Shown here: positions 45,124-54,163 of the stretch, in pieces
How the letters are laid out: the number at the start of each line of letters is the position of its first letter
Numbering within the stretch: the stretch's first letter is position 1
Source of the DNA: Mageeibacillus sp. UBA1212
GTDB lineage: Bacteria; Bacillota; Clostridia; UBA1212
DNA: 64,000 nt
Direction of reading: 5' to 3'
NCBI GenBank assembly: GCA_002309655.1
Contig: DBXM01000003.1
Location: 21,078-85,077, forward strand
Notes under the pieces: model-generated
Database searches by the model: none
The model's input: only the letters and a program-made list of their open reading frames with translations
What the model was told of the DNA's origin: nothing
Position numbers and translations under genes: made by a program

Positions 45124-45495
45124 TTATGCCGCCTTTCTTGCATTTTTGACTGTTTTTGCAGGTTTATTTGCTTGTTTTTTTCTTTTTTTTGCCTTTTTTT
45201 CGGCTTCTTCCCGTTCTTTTTCAGCTTCTATTCGGTCTATTTCAGCTTTTTTCTGCAGGATTATCTCGGCTGCTTTCCGGAGTCTTTTAGCTTTGATTGA
45301 GCAGGTGATTTTTTTGACGATTGCTATTGTTTCGGGATCGTCAAGCAAAAAGAATTTGTCAAAGCATTCAATTGAGAACGTCTTGACTTCAAGGCCGAAG
45401 TCTACTGAAAAATAGTGGGCGGAAGCTTTAACGACAGTTCCCTCGCCGAAAACAACGTTCATGACTTTTTTACCGATTAATTTTTTGATACTCAT
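45124..45495 (-). CDS. Small protein with a Tudor/SH3-like N-terminal motif and a Lys/Glu-rich tail
   Basis: 123 aa from the ATG at 45495 (RBS GAGG). GKKVMNVVFGEGTVV...VDFG pattern; tail EKEREEAEKKAKKRKKQANK. Confidence 0.5.
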   Translation of the reverse strand: MSIKKLIGKKVMNVVFGEGTVVKASAHYFSVDFGLEVKTFSIECFDKFFLLDDPETIAIVKKITCSIKAKRLRKAAEIILQKKAEIDRIEAEKEREEAEKKAKKRKKQANKPAKTVKNARKAA

Positions 45496-45698
45496 TTTGA
45501 AAACCTCACTTTTTAAAAATCTGACTGAAAATTGCCGGTTCCAAAACAAAAAACGAGGAACGGCTTTATGATACCATTCCTCGAAATGCGCGTGCCCAAA
45601 ATAATTGGGCATCTGAATATCAAATACTTTTCCGGCTGCCCGCCACCATGCAAACCGGCCGGCGCCTGTTCGCCAACACTCCGCTTGCCTTGATTCTA

Positions 45699-46715
45699 CT
45701 ACTCGTTGATTGGATCAACCCCTTCGGCACGGAGTCTGTTGTTGATCTCATAAAAGGGGACGCGCTGTGCTAAAAGTCCCCTTATCGCTCTGAAACGTTT
45801 GTCCGTCTGCCTCTTCCACGCCCTCTTTTCATCGCCGGTTGCCGCAGCGTACTCGTCAAAAAGCCAGTCAAGCTCCGCGGGGCTCATCCCAAGATAGAAA
45901 GCCAGCGCAAACAGTTTTTCGACCTTGATCCGCCTTTTTTCGTACATATAGTCTGAGAGCGTGTTCCGGCTCATATTGCACGCATTGGCGCACTTTTCAA
46001 TCGTCGTATCCTTCTTATCGATTTTGTTTTTTAAGAACCAGTACAGACTGCCCGTGTCCGCCTCCGCACACTTTTTCGCAAACCCGTTATTTCCGGACCT
46101 CCTGTTCGCATTGCAGACTTTACAAACCGCCTCAAAATTGTTCGGATTCGCCTCAATCGCGTCGAGAACCTCGCACACCCTGCCAAAAACCGCCTCCGGC
46201 TTATTACAAGACCGAAAACTGACGTACGCGAACTCCTCCTTCGCGCCGGCGCCTCCCGACTTTCCGTCAATAACGACCAGCGCGGGCAGTGCGTTCCTTA
46301 CACCGTACAAATCGGCCAGCCGCGTCATCAGCTCATATCTCGGCCTTGGATTCCAGGCCTTTTTGAACTCCCCCTCCAATGCGCACTGCACCGACCCGGC
46401 AAGGCTTCCGTCGTTTTTCCATTTGTCGAAAACCGCCTCCGGGTAGACGGTGAACAGCGGCATGTCCGCCTTCAGCCTGTTGTTCAGCCTCGCGCCGTAT
46501 TCAGTAAGGAACGGCGCGGAAATAACGTCCCCCGATGCGTATAGATAGAGCAAAACGTACCGGTCAGTCGTAACGGATCTCTCTCCGACAGCCTTCCAAA
46601 CGTTCTTCGGCGTGAGGTTGTCGTAAACGCCTCCAAGCGTGCTGTCGTCGCGAATGTTCGCAACAAGGCCCAAAGTGGAGGTCGCTTTCCCGAATGGATC
46701 GAAATAAATAGGCAT
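45699..46715 (-). CDS. Protein of unknown function with a C-terminal XRE-type helix-turn-helix
   Basis: 338 aa. TIEKCANACNMSRNTLSDYMYEKRRIKVEKLFALAFYLGMSPAELDWLF resembles an XRE HTH. Confidence 0.55.
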   Translation of the reverse strand: MPIYFDPFGKATSTLGLVANIRDDSTLGGVYDNLTPKNVWKAVGERSVTTDRYVLLYLYASGDVISAPFLTEYGARLNNRLKADMPLFTVYPEAVFDKWKNDGSLAGSVQCALEGEFKKAWNPRPRYELMTRLADLYGVRNALPALVVIDGKSGGAGAKEEFAYVSFRSCNKPEAVFGRVCEVLDAIEANPNNFEAVCKVCNANRRSGNNGFAKKCAEADTGSLYWFLKNKIDKKDTTIEKCANACNMSRNTLSDYMYEKRRIKVEKLFALAFYLGMSPAELDWLFDEYAAATGDEKRAWKRQTDKRFRAIRGLLAQRVPFYEINNRLRAEGVDPINE

Positions 46716-46762
46716 GGTTTTCTCCTTTTGGTGAAAATAGGTTGTTAGTACAGGGCACGCTC

Positions 46763-47785
46763 TTATCTATGGGGCCAATAAAGCTCCCGTATGTGCTTCA
46801 AGAGTCTGGGATCATGATACTTTGGCGGCTGCCTCCAGCAAATATCCTCAATTAAATCGTCTATCTCGCCGTCGTGTGATATCGATGAAATCCAGTTTGC
46901 CTGTTTTTCCGCAAGAGACCACACCCAATCAGAATGAAAGAAATCATGTAAGTAAAATGCAAATGCCAAATGCCCAACCTCATGACTAAATACCTTATCC
47001 AGCATTTCCATTAGCGTCGGCGGATATAACGTCATGGATTTAATCATTCCAGACATATTCTCAGGCGCCAACAAAATAATAGTCTCCCCAGCATTCACAT
47101 TACCCGACCCCAGCATAAGATTATTGAGCCCACGAGCTAATGATGCATCAACAAACTGAACATAACAACCCATGAAATCCTGGATTGAAATCAATTTTTT
47201 ATTAATGTCGACATTGTCCTTGATTGCGAGCAAACCATCATCAGCATTAGCAACAAGAATAATCTTGTCTAGGCAACCTATTGCATTTGAATGTTCGACA
47301 TAGTGCTGAGGCGATGTGTGTTTGAATATGTTGTCCAGATACGAATCTATCTTTTCCAAATACCAGTTGATTTTCAAAGGAATCTCTGCAGCCAAACGGG
47401 ATTTTCGGAAATTATCTGAACACAGTAACTCAATGTTATGGGGATTAAATAGTCTTGGAGCAGACTTTACCTTGTCCGACCATGAATTATTGTATATATC
47501 ACAATACAAATCATTGAATGCGGGTAAATTGTTGAATACTTCTATAGCCAATTTGCTATTGTTGTTAAACCCGGTACCACTCGCAAGGAAATGGTAGTTG
47601 GCTAACTTTTTCCTTATGCTTGCTTCGCTTATTCTAATGTTAGCTTTTTCCAGATCCAGACACAAGTCCTTTGGCTTAATCTGAGGGCTAATAAGCGCTG
47701 CTCTGGCACACATTATTTCTTCTAAAGCATGCCAAGTGTGTTTCTTTTCATAGTATTTCAAATCTTCGTGGTTCAAATCAATCAT
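46763..47785 (-). CDS. HEXXH-motif protein (putative zinc metallopeptidase)
   Basis: 340 aa with a single HEVGH motif (VFSHEVGHLAFAF). It lies in an AT-rich region. Confidence 0.5.
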   Translation of the reverse strand: MIDLNHEDLKYYEKKHTWHALEEIMCARAALISPQIKPKDLCLDLEKANIRISEASIRKKLANYHFLASGTGFNNNSKLAIEVFNNLPAFNDLYCDIYNNSWSDKVKSAPRLFNPHNIELLCSDNFRKSRLAAEIPLKINWYLEKIDSYLDNIFKHTSPQHYVEHSNAIGCLDKIILVANADDGLLAIKDNVDINKKLISIQDFMGCYVQFVDASLARGLNNLMLGSGNVNAGETIILLAPENMSGMIKSMTLYPPTLMEMLDKVFSHEVGHLAFAFYLHDFFHSDWVWSLAEKQANWISSISHDGEIDDLIEDICWRQPPKYHDPRLLKHIRELYWPHR

Positions 47786-48002
47786 AAATCCTCTTCCTTT
47801 CCTTTTGGCAATTGATTATGTAAGTCTAATTTGTTTTAAATCTAAATGATTTCCACACTCGTCTCCTGCGAATCAAAGATGTACTTAACGGCTTGTTTTT
47901 CCCAAAATCAAGAGGCAATACCCAGTTTTACCAAATCTTGAGTTTTCGAAAAAGAACATCATCACATCATTTCATCGTTCTTCACATCCAAGCGAATGGA
48001 TC

Positions 48003-49940
48003 TCATTTATCAGTAATCTCAAAAAACGCAAAGAGCGCCTTTTTCAGAACAGCCCTTCTTGTATCTAAAAACTTCTTGAAATTCTTAAGTTCAAAATATT
48101 CAATAGTTGGCTCCCCATCCGGAACATCGTCCCCACACACATAATTATTTATTGAGTATTCGTGTAAATTGGGTTTTCTGTAATCTTTCAACCATTGAGA
48201 AAGAGGCTTATCATTCTTCTCGCCTCTGTTTCCATATTCATCAAGAAGTTGTAGATTTGCAAAATCATTTACTCGCTTTTTATAGTATTGATATAGTTCT
48301 TCATTCTCGTCATTTCTTCCACCAAGAATATCAAAGAACAATCCCTCGTTTTCAGCTTTCTCATATTTTTTGGGATGCATGTGATCGACGTCATATTCGA
48401 TTGTGTTGTCTGGTCTATTTTTGCGTGATAACAGGTAAAGAATCTGTTTTATATAATCACGGTCTTTTACATAATTCTTATCAAGAATAGCCTCGACCGC
48501 ATCCCTTGATACATCAAAGAAAGTGCCACCTCCCGCTATAACGCTGTCATTTAATCGAGAAAAGTTGAATTCTCGTCCTTTACCAAAAAGAGTAATATTG
48601 TTTCTGTTGTTTTTGCCAAGCACTTCTATTATTTTGGACATTACTGTATCTGTGCTCTGCGCAAAAGCATCTGATACCAAAGACACCTCGTAATATCGTT
48701 CGATCTCAACTTCTGCGGTTTTCGTTTGTTTGCCATTGTAATAAAAATAATAGACAATCGGTAAAAACATACTGTATGGCGTATTTCTGTCAAAAGTAAA
48801 ATGCCCATTGACAAAGACTTTTTTAGCCAAAAGAAACGCTTTTTCGATTCTATCCATTATTTCTTGTGTAATAACTACTTGGTTCGAATGTGTCATAAAG
48901 AATTTACTAAACGACGCATTATCTTCTCTGAAAGCCAACCAAATAAAACGAAGAATATTATCCTGAGAAAATCTGCTTTTTTTACCGCTACCATTGTTTT
49001 TGCTATTTATACTAGAAACAGCATTATCAAAGAGTTCCCATAAATTATCAACGTCTGAGCTTTTTGCAATTTGAGCGAACAATAAATCAGTTGGGTTCAA
49101 CGGACGCCCGCTTTTATTCAACCTGACAAAAACCTCAAATAGTTTTTCTATGGTGCTAACATTAGTATTAATTATACGCAAATCTACAATTGCATACGGA
49201 AGCCCGCCAGACTTAAATCGACTAATAATCGCGTTAAAATTTCGTTGTGCCTGGTCTTCGTGTTCATTGTAATACTTAACAACAGAATCGATTTTTCTAA
49301 CTGTCGCATTGTCTTTACGCGTCTTTATACCCTTGACATTTTTATAGCATTTTTCATTTTCTGAAAAATCATTTATGAACTCCTTTATAAACGCAGCGGT
49401 TTTTACCCTGTCATCACGACATTCCCAAATAGATTTAACCGGAACCCACAAATGTCTCTCTTCCACAAATCCGCCATCTGAATAATACCGGAAAGCCGAT
49501 GGCTCTGTTCCGTCATAAAGCAAATTAAAATACAACAAGTATCTTTTATCGTCAATTACGTACTTGTTGTTCAGCCCCCGATAAAGAGCCGTTACCCTTT
49601 GCTGGCCATCTATAATACAATATCTTTTGTTGCTTTCATTAAGGAAGTTGCGTATTTTTCTGCTTCCTCTAATATCTGTTTGCTCTTCATTCTTATTTAC
49701 TGGATAATAATCAGTTATTTTACGATCTTCTTCGTTATTCAGTGGCCATAACAAAAGATTGCCAACCGGAAAACCCTTATAAAGACTGTCAAAGAAACTT
49801 GCTATGTCTTCTTTTGACCATACCACGCCACGCTGAATGGCCGGTAAGCAAAAGTTGTTGCTCACAGCATCAACAATATCAGCGAAGCTTAACTCGCCTT
49901 GATTATTTAAACGACCACTATTCCCAAGTTTATTTGCCAT
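48003..49940 (-). CDS. GmrSD-type DUF262/DUF1524 nuclease (type IV restriction-like)
   Basis: 645 aa. The N-terminal part has LPAIQRGVVWSKEDIASFFDSLYKGFPVGNLLLW and IIDGQQRVTAL (DUF262, DGQQR). The C-terminal part has DVDHMHPKK...ANLQLLDEYGNRGEKNDK (His-Me/DUF1524). Confidence 0.8.
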   Translation of the reverse strand: MANKLGNSGRLNNQGELSFADIVDAVSNNFCLPAIQRGVVWSKEDIASFFDSLYKGFPVGNLLLWPLNNEEDRKITDYYPVNKNEEQTDIRGSRKIRNFLNESNKRYCIIDGQQRVTALYRGLNNKYVIDDKRYLLYFNLLYDGTEPSAFRYYSDGGFVEERHLWVPVKSIWECRDDRVKTAAFIKEFINDFSENEKCYKNVKGIKTRKDNATVRKIDSVVKYYNEHEDQAQRNFNAIISRFKSGGLPYAIVDLRIINTNVSTIEKLFEVFVRLNKSGRPLNPTDLLFAQIAKSSDVDNLWELFDNAVSSINSKNNGSGKKSRFSQDNILRFIWLAFREDNASFSKFFMTHSNQVVITQEIMDRIEKAFLLAKKVFVNGHFTFDRNTPYSMFLPIVYYFYYNGKQTKTAEVEIERYYEVSLVSDAFAQSTDTVMSKIIEVLGKNNRNNITLFGKGREFNFSRLNDSVIAGGGTFFDVSRDAVEAILDKNYVKDRDYIKQILYLLSRKNRPDNTIEYDVDHMHPKKYEKAENEGLFFDILGGRNDENEELYQYYKKRVNDFANLQLLDEYGNRGEKNDKPLSQWLKDYRKPNLHEYSINNYVCGDDVPDGEPTIEYFELKNFKKFLDTRRAVLKKALFAFFEITDK

Positions 49941-50006
49941 ACTGTATTCCTCCTAAATTTACAATTATTCTGCTATACATAAACACTTTTCAAATATCTT
50001 CTATCG

Positions 50007-50549
50007 TCAATCGTCAATACATACAACTTTTTTCAATCTCCTGTTTCGCCAATCCCCCTTTTCGTAGAGACGCTCCCATTCCTGTCGCGTTCCCGGAAAG
50101 TAAAGCGTATCAATATAATAGTCTTGCTGAAGGAGAATCACCCCATCAGTACAACAAATTGCATCGAGGTCAAGATGAGAATTGATAAACTTCAAGCAAG
50201 AAAATTCATAAATTGTTCCGCGGTACAATATCGTGCGCAATCCTTCACACCCGACAAGCGCATTAAATCCAATTTCTTTAACACTGTTGGAAATAGAGAG
50301 CGTCCTCAGGTTTTTACAGTGCTCCAGAGATTTAAAGCCTATAATTTCCACCGAATCCGGAAGATACAACTCTTCAACAGTTTCATTACAATTGAAAGCT
50401 TTATATGCTAACGGGGCTCCCCTTTGTTCCCTTGGAATATCTTTCTTGGCTTCGCCGCCGATTTATCTTACTCCAGACGGGACTATAACAATCTTGCTGT
50501 TTCCAATATACGCTTTCAAGATGTAATCTTCAACTATAAAATCATTCAT
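50007..50549 (-). pseudogene. BspA-type leucine-rich-repeat gene interrupted by an in-frame TAA
   Basis: The ATG at 50549 (RBS AAAGGAAAAACC) gives MNDFIVEDYILKAYIGNSKIVIVPSGVR, then a TAA at 50465-50463. The same frame continues IGGEAKK...AFNCNETVEELYLPDSVEIIGFKSLEHCKNLRTLSISNSVKEIG. The track ORF 50007..50369 starts at an internal TTG. Confidence 0.55.
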
Positions 50550-50576
50550 GGTTTTTCCTTTCCAAAACAATTCGCA

Positions 50577-52115
50577 TTAATCTCCCGCCGCTTCCCGCAG
50601 TTTCTCCCACACCTTCACCATCGCGAAAGTGTCGAGCTCGCAGTACTTGAGCAGGTTGCGGCGCGTTTCTTCACGTTCTTCAGTTGCCATCGAAGCGAGC
50701 TTCGGAAAAACAGACATGGCTTCCCCGCCGTTATGGATTTGATCAAGATTGTGGTAGTCAAGCCCCGGGTCGTCCGGGAACAGCGCCGGCAGCACGCTCT
50801 TAATCGAGAACGAATTTCCCATGGCCCTATTATAATAAAACCCGGACTGAAAAGGAACAAGCAAATCAAAAATATGTTCACGAATATTGAGAAGATGTTC
50901 GGAAAGGTCCGGGAAAGTGTCGGCGAGCCGCTTGATGATCGTGCACTCGAACGCCTTGTTGTAGGCGGTCACGCAAACGTTCATGGGGATGTCGGCGCAG
51001 AGCTGTTCGGCCAGGGCGCGGCGCGGGTCGGTTCCGGGCACGGCAAGGAACTCGCTGTGTTTGAGGGGGCCGCCTTCGTTCTCGATGTAGTGGAGAGAGT
51101 ACTGGAACGGAATCTGTGTGTAGGGCCGCGTCCCGGGGTAGATCGGGATGACCGGCTGGACCGTCTCGAAGTCCAGGAAGTAGAGCGGGTACGAGAGGCT
51201 GTTCAGGAAGCCGGCGATCTCTTCCCGGTTGACATAGGCGTCGTCCCGGTTCCCGACAGCGAACTCCAGCTGCCGGCGCTGCTTTTCGTTCTTCAACTCG
51301 CCGCTCGCGAGCAGGGCCTTGAACGTGATGCGCCCTTTTTTGTAGAGTTCGATTTTCTTCTTGAAAGGTATGCGGTAGACGTCGAACACCGACTGCGCGG
51401 GAATGTGCTTCGTGCAGTGGCGCCAGAACGCGCACGGGTATGGCTTGTTGCAGTTTTCATGAAGATCGACCGCCGGCTCGATGTTTGAGGCGAGAAGCTT
51501 CCCGGCCTCGGCCACCTTAGGCTCGATTTTCGCAATTTCATTCGCGACCTCGCCGGACACGTCGGAAATATAAAAAAGCTTCGACAGGTCAAGACGGCCG
51601 TCGAAAATGTAATCCCCGTTGAGGCACACGAGGAAGGTGCCCGTGACGTTCACGCCGCAGTGGTCCAGAACGTACTTCTGGTAGGCGATGTCGGCGACGT
51701 AAATCTCCTTGTCGTCCTCGTAGGTGCCGTCATCCTTGCGGCGCTTGGTGGAGCTCTTGACCTCGTAAATCGCCCAGCCGTCACCGGTCTTTCGGAGGAT
51801 GTCGACGGCGCAGTACAGCCCGTTGTACGTGACCGACGCCTCGCAAATGACCGGCGTGCCCTTCGCCATCTCGGCCGCGGTGCCGGCAACCATTTTCGTT
51901 ATGTCGGGAACGTCGCCCCCGCCGGTGTCGATCTCGACAAAATCGCCGAAAAGCCCCATGGCAAGGTCGCCCACCTCGCTGCCCTCCGCCATTCGCGAAC
52001 GGACTCCCTCGTCGACGACCGCCTCATCCGGCATGTATTTGCGCAGCCACGCAATCTTCGGGCACTGCCAAATGGCGCAGTATTTGGATTTTGAAAGGTT
52101 GGTTTGATTGCTCAT
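50577..52115 (-). CDS. DUF2779-family protein (Cas4-like PD-(D/E)XK nuclease plus RNase H-fold exonuclease-like domain)
   Basis: 512 aa. LSKSKYCAIWQCPKIAWL start, D...YEVKSS, and Cys cluster CNKPYPCAFWRHC. C-terminal acidic motifs are YFLDFET, YNKAFE and YCELDT. Confidence 0.7.
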   Translation of the reverse strand: MSNQTNLSKSKYCAIWQCPKIAWLRKYMPDEAVVDEGVRSRMAEGSEVGDLAMGLFGDFVEIDTGGGDVPDITKMVAGTAAEMAKGTPVICEASVTYNGLYCAVDILRKTGDGWAIYEVKSSTKRRKDDGTYEDDKEIYVADIAYQKYVLDHCGVNVTGTFLVCLNGDYIFDGRLDLSKLFYISDVSGEVANEIAKIEPKVAEAGKLLASNIEPAVDLHENCNKPYPCAFWRHCTKHIPAQSVFDVYRIPFKKKIELYKKGRITFKALLASGELKNEKQRRQLEFAVGNRDDAYVNREEIAGFLNSLSYPLYFLDFETVQPVIPIYPGTRPYTQIPFQYSLHYIENEGGPLKHSEFLAVPGTDPRRALAEQLCADIPMNVCVTAYNKAFECTIIKRLADTFPDLSEHLLNIREHIFDLLVPFQSGFYYNRAMGNSFSIKSVLPALFPDDPGLDYHNLDQIHNGGEAMSVFPKLASMATEEREETRRNLLKYCELDTFAMVKVWEKLREAAGD

Positions 52116-52209
52116 CGTGTGGTCCTTTATACTCTTGTTGTTCGCCGGTTGTTCCCGGGAATGTACTGTTTGCGCTTCTTGTCGCTTCTTATTAGCTCCG
52201 CCGGTTTAC

Positions 52210-52626
52210 TTAGCCGCCCAGCATTTCTCTCACCCTGTCCGCGTCTGCCTGCGACAGATTGATGTCGATCGTCTGACCGGTGTTGTCGCTGATTTTCACC
52301 TCGCACAGATCCGCGCCGGGAACCGCAGAAGTCTCAACCGAGCAGTTTTTCCTATTGATTACCGTGGTCTTTTCAACGCCGAGTTTTTCGTAAAGATAGA
52401 TGAAATCGCCGGTTATTTGGAGCGTTTTCGAGTCGCCCAGGTACTTGTCTGTGAAGACCGTTCCCGGGAGCGCGGTGGCGGTCGGGGCGTCGGTTGAAGG
52501 CGCGGGCGAACCAGCAGAAGGGACCGCGGTTGGTTCAGCCGGTCGCGGAACTTTTGTGGCGCAAGCGGAGGCGGCCGCGAGAAGCACGGCGCAGAGTATC
52601 AGGAATACTATTTTCGGTTTGTTCAT
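52210..52626 (-). CDS. Small lipoprotein of unknown function
   Basis: 138 aa with signal peptide and lipobox LLAAASAC. Confidence 0.6.
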   Translation of the reverse strand: MNKPKIVFLILCAVLLAAASACATKVPRPAEPTAVPSAGSPAPSTDAPTATALPGTVFTDKYLGDSKTLQITGDFIYLYEKLGVEKTTVINRKNCSVETSAVPGADLCEVKISDNTGQTIDINLSQADADRVREMLGG

Positions 52627-52689
52627 TGTCGCGGCCTCCTTTAAGCCGGTTCGCTGCTGAAATAGTTTCGCGCGCAGGCGTGCGGGATC

Positions 52690-53319
52690 TTATTTGTCAT
52701 AATCGTGAAACCGGAACATCTCCAGCGCCACTATGACGTTCTCGAGCAGGAACGACCACTCCTTCTCGTAGCCGTGCTTCCACTCGCAAAGCGCCCTTAA
52801 GTACTCCTCACGGTCATAGTACCGGAAGCCTCTCTCAAGCCCGTTCGCGAGGTCCGCAAGATCCTTGGTCAGCGATGTCATGTGGAACTTTTGGCCGTTG
52901 CCGTGGGGAGATTTTCTCAAATACTGCGCGGGAATGCCCGGCCCCAGAACAACATCTTTCGCCGCGTAAATATCCGTGAACGGCTCATCCTCAAACTCCG
53001 CGTCGTCGAGGCCGAATTCGCGACAGTTTACGATTGCCCTATGCATTTCAAAATTGATCTGCGCTAAAGCTTTGATCAGTTTCGGGGCGTTGTTGCTTGT
53101 CAGCGGGTGATTTTCAAAATGGTAGAACAATTTTAATGCGTTCTTCGCAATTCCTACCGCGCAGCAGTAAACGAGGGTTTCTGTCGGGCAGTCGTCTTCC
53201 TCCGCAAAGGCGGCCATGGCTCTCGCGGTGATTTTTACTTTTCTTGAGCTGTCCGGCTCCTCGCCGGTAGTTTTGGTTTCCGTCTCATATGGATTTTCGA
53301 CGTTTTCTTTGTTGCACAT
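52690..53319 (-). CDS. Hypothetical protein
   Basis: 209 aa from the ATG at 53319, 7 nt after AGGAGG. No motif was recognised. Confidence 0.5.
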   Translation of the reverse strand: MCNKENVENPYETETKTTGEEPDSSRKVKITARAMAAFAEEDDCPTETLVYCCAVGIAKNALKLFYHFENHPLTSNNAPKLIKALAQINFEMHRAIVNCREFGLDDAEFEDEPFTDIYAAKDVVLGPGIPAQYLRKSPHGNGQKFHMTSLTKDLADLANGLERGFRYYDREEYLRALCEWKHGYEKEWSFLLENVIVALEMFRFHDYDK

Positions 53320-53370
53320 AGGGAACCTCCTGTTATTCAAGTTGTTAGCTGTATAACGTAACCGATCTTC

Positions 53371-54129
53371 TCAATCCTCTTTTTCCGCCGGCAAACCGAG
53401 GTAGCCCAAATTCCACCCGCACATTGCGTCAATCAATGTCCAGACAGATTCCTGGCATTCCTCCTGCTCGTCGTCGTAAATCTCCTTGTAGACGAACCTG
53501 GTCAGCTCGTGCACCAGCCTCAGTTCTGCCCGCGAATGAACGTCCTTACTGCAGCATTCACGAACGATCTCCACTGTCGGTTCGTACAGTTCATAAAAGT
53601 GGCCGGCATCGAATTCGTCCTCTTCAGAGATTTTGCTGTTCAAGTCATTCCATTCAGCAACAATAGCTTCAATATCATATCCTGTATCCATATTATCCTC
53701 CTGTGTCTCGTCAAATCTCAACTTTTGCGATTCACATTTTTCAAATCCCCTCATCACATCTTCAAAAATCTTCTCGTCGTCGTAAAGGAGATAAAAGTCG
53801 CGGGGAGCCGGCCATTCGTCGTGAACCATCCTAACCAGTTCGTTCGTAAACTCCTTCATTGAATCGTGTCCCGCGGTCAGCGCAACTTTCTCGCAGTGGA
53901 ACATCCTTGCATCCTCATGGTCAACTCCCTCATGCCAAAGCGCCTCCATTTTGCCATAAAAATCAAACGTCGTGCAGCCGGCGGCAAGAAGCGAATGCGC
54001 CAGGTTGGTTATAAAGTCCTTGTCGTCCGTGTGTTCGACCACAAGGAAGCAGGAAATATCGCGGTTGGGGTTGAACGCTGGCACTTCTGTGAGGAAGTTG
54101 AGGCATGTAAGATTGTTAAAAACTCGCAT
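53371..54129 (-). CDS. Hypothetical acidic protein
   Basis: 252 aa, rich in Asp/Glu. No motif was recognised. Confidence 0.5.
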   Translation of the reverse strand: MRVFNNLTCLNFLTEVPAFNPNRDISCFLVVEHTDDKDFITNLAHSLLAAGCTTFDFYGKMEALWHEGVDHEDARMFHCEKVALTAGHDSMKEFTNELVRMVHDEWPAPRDFYLLYDDEKIFEDVMRGFEKCESQKLRFDETQEDNMDTGYDIEAIVAEWNDLNSKISEEDEFDAGHFYELYEPTVEIVRECCSKDVHSRAELRLVHELTRFVYKEIYDDEQEECQESVWTLIDAMCGWNLGYLGLPAEKED

Positions 54130-54163
54130 GGTGTTCTACCTTTCTTACCGAAGAGCGCAGTTG

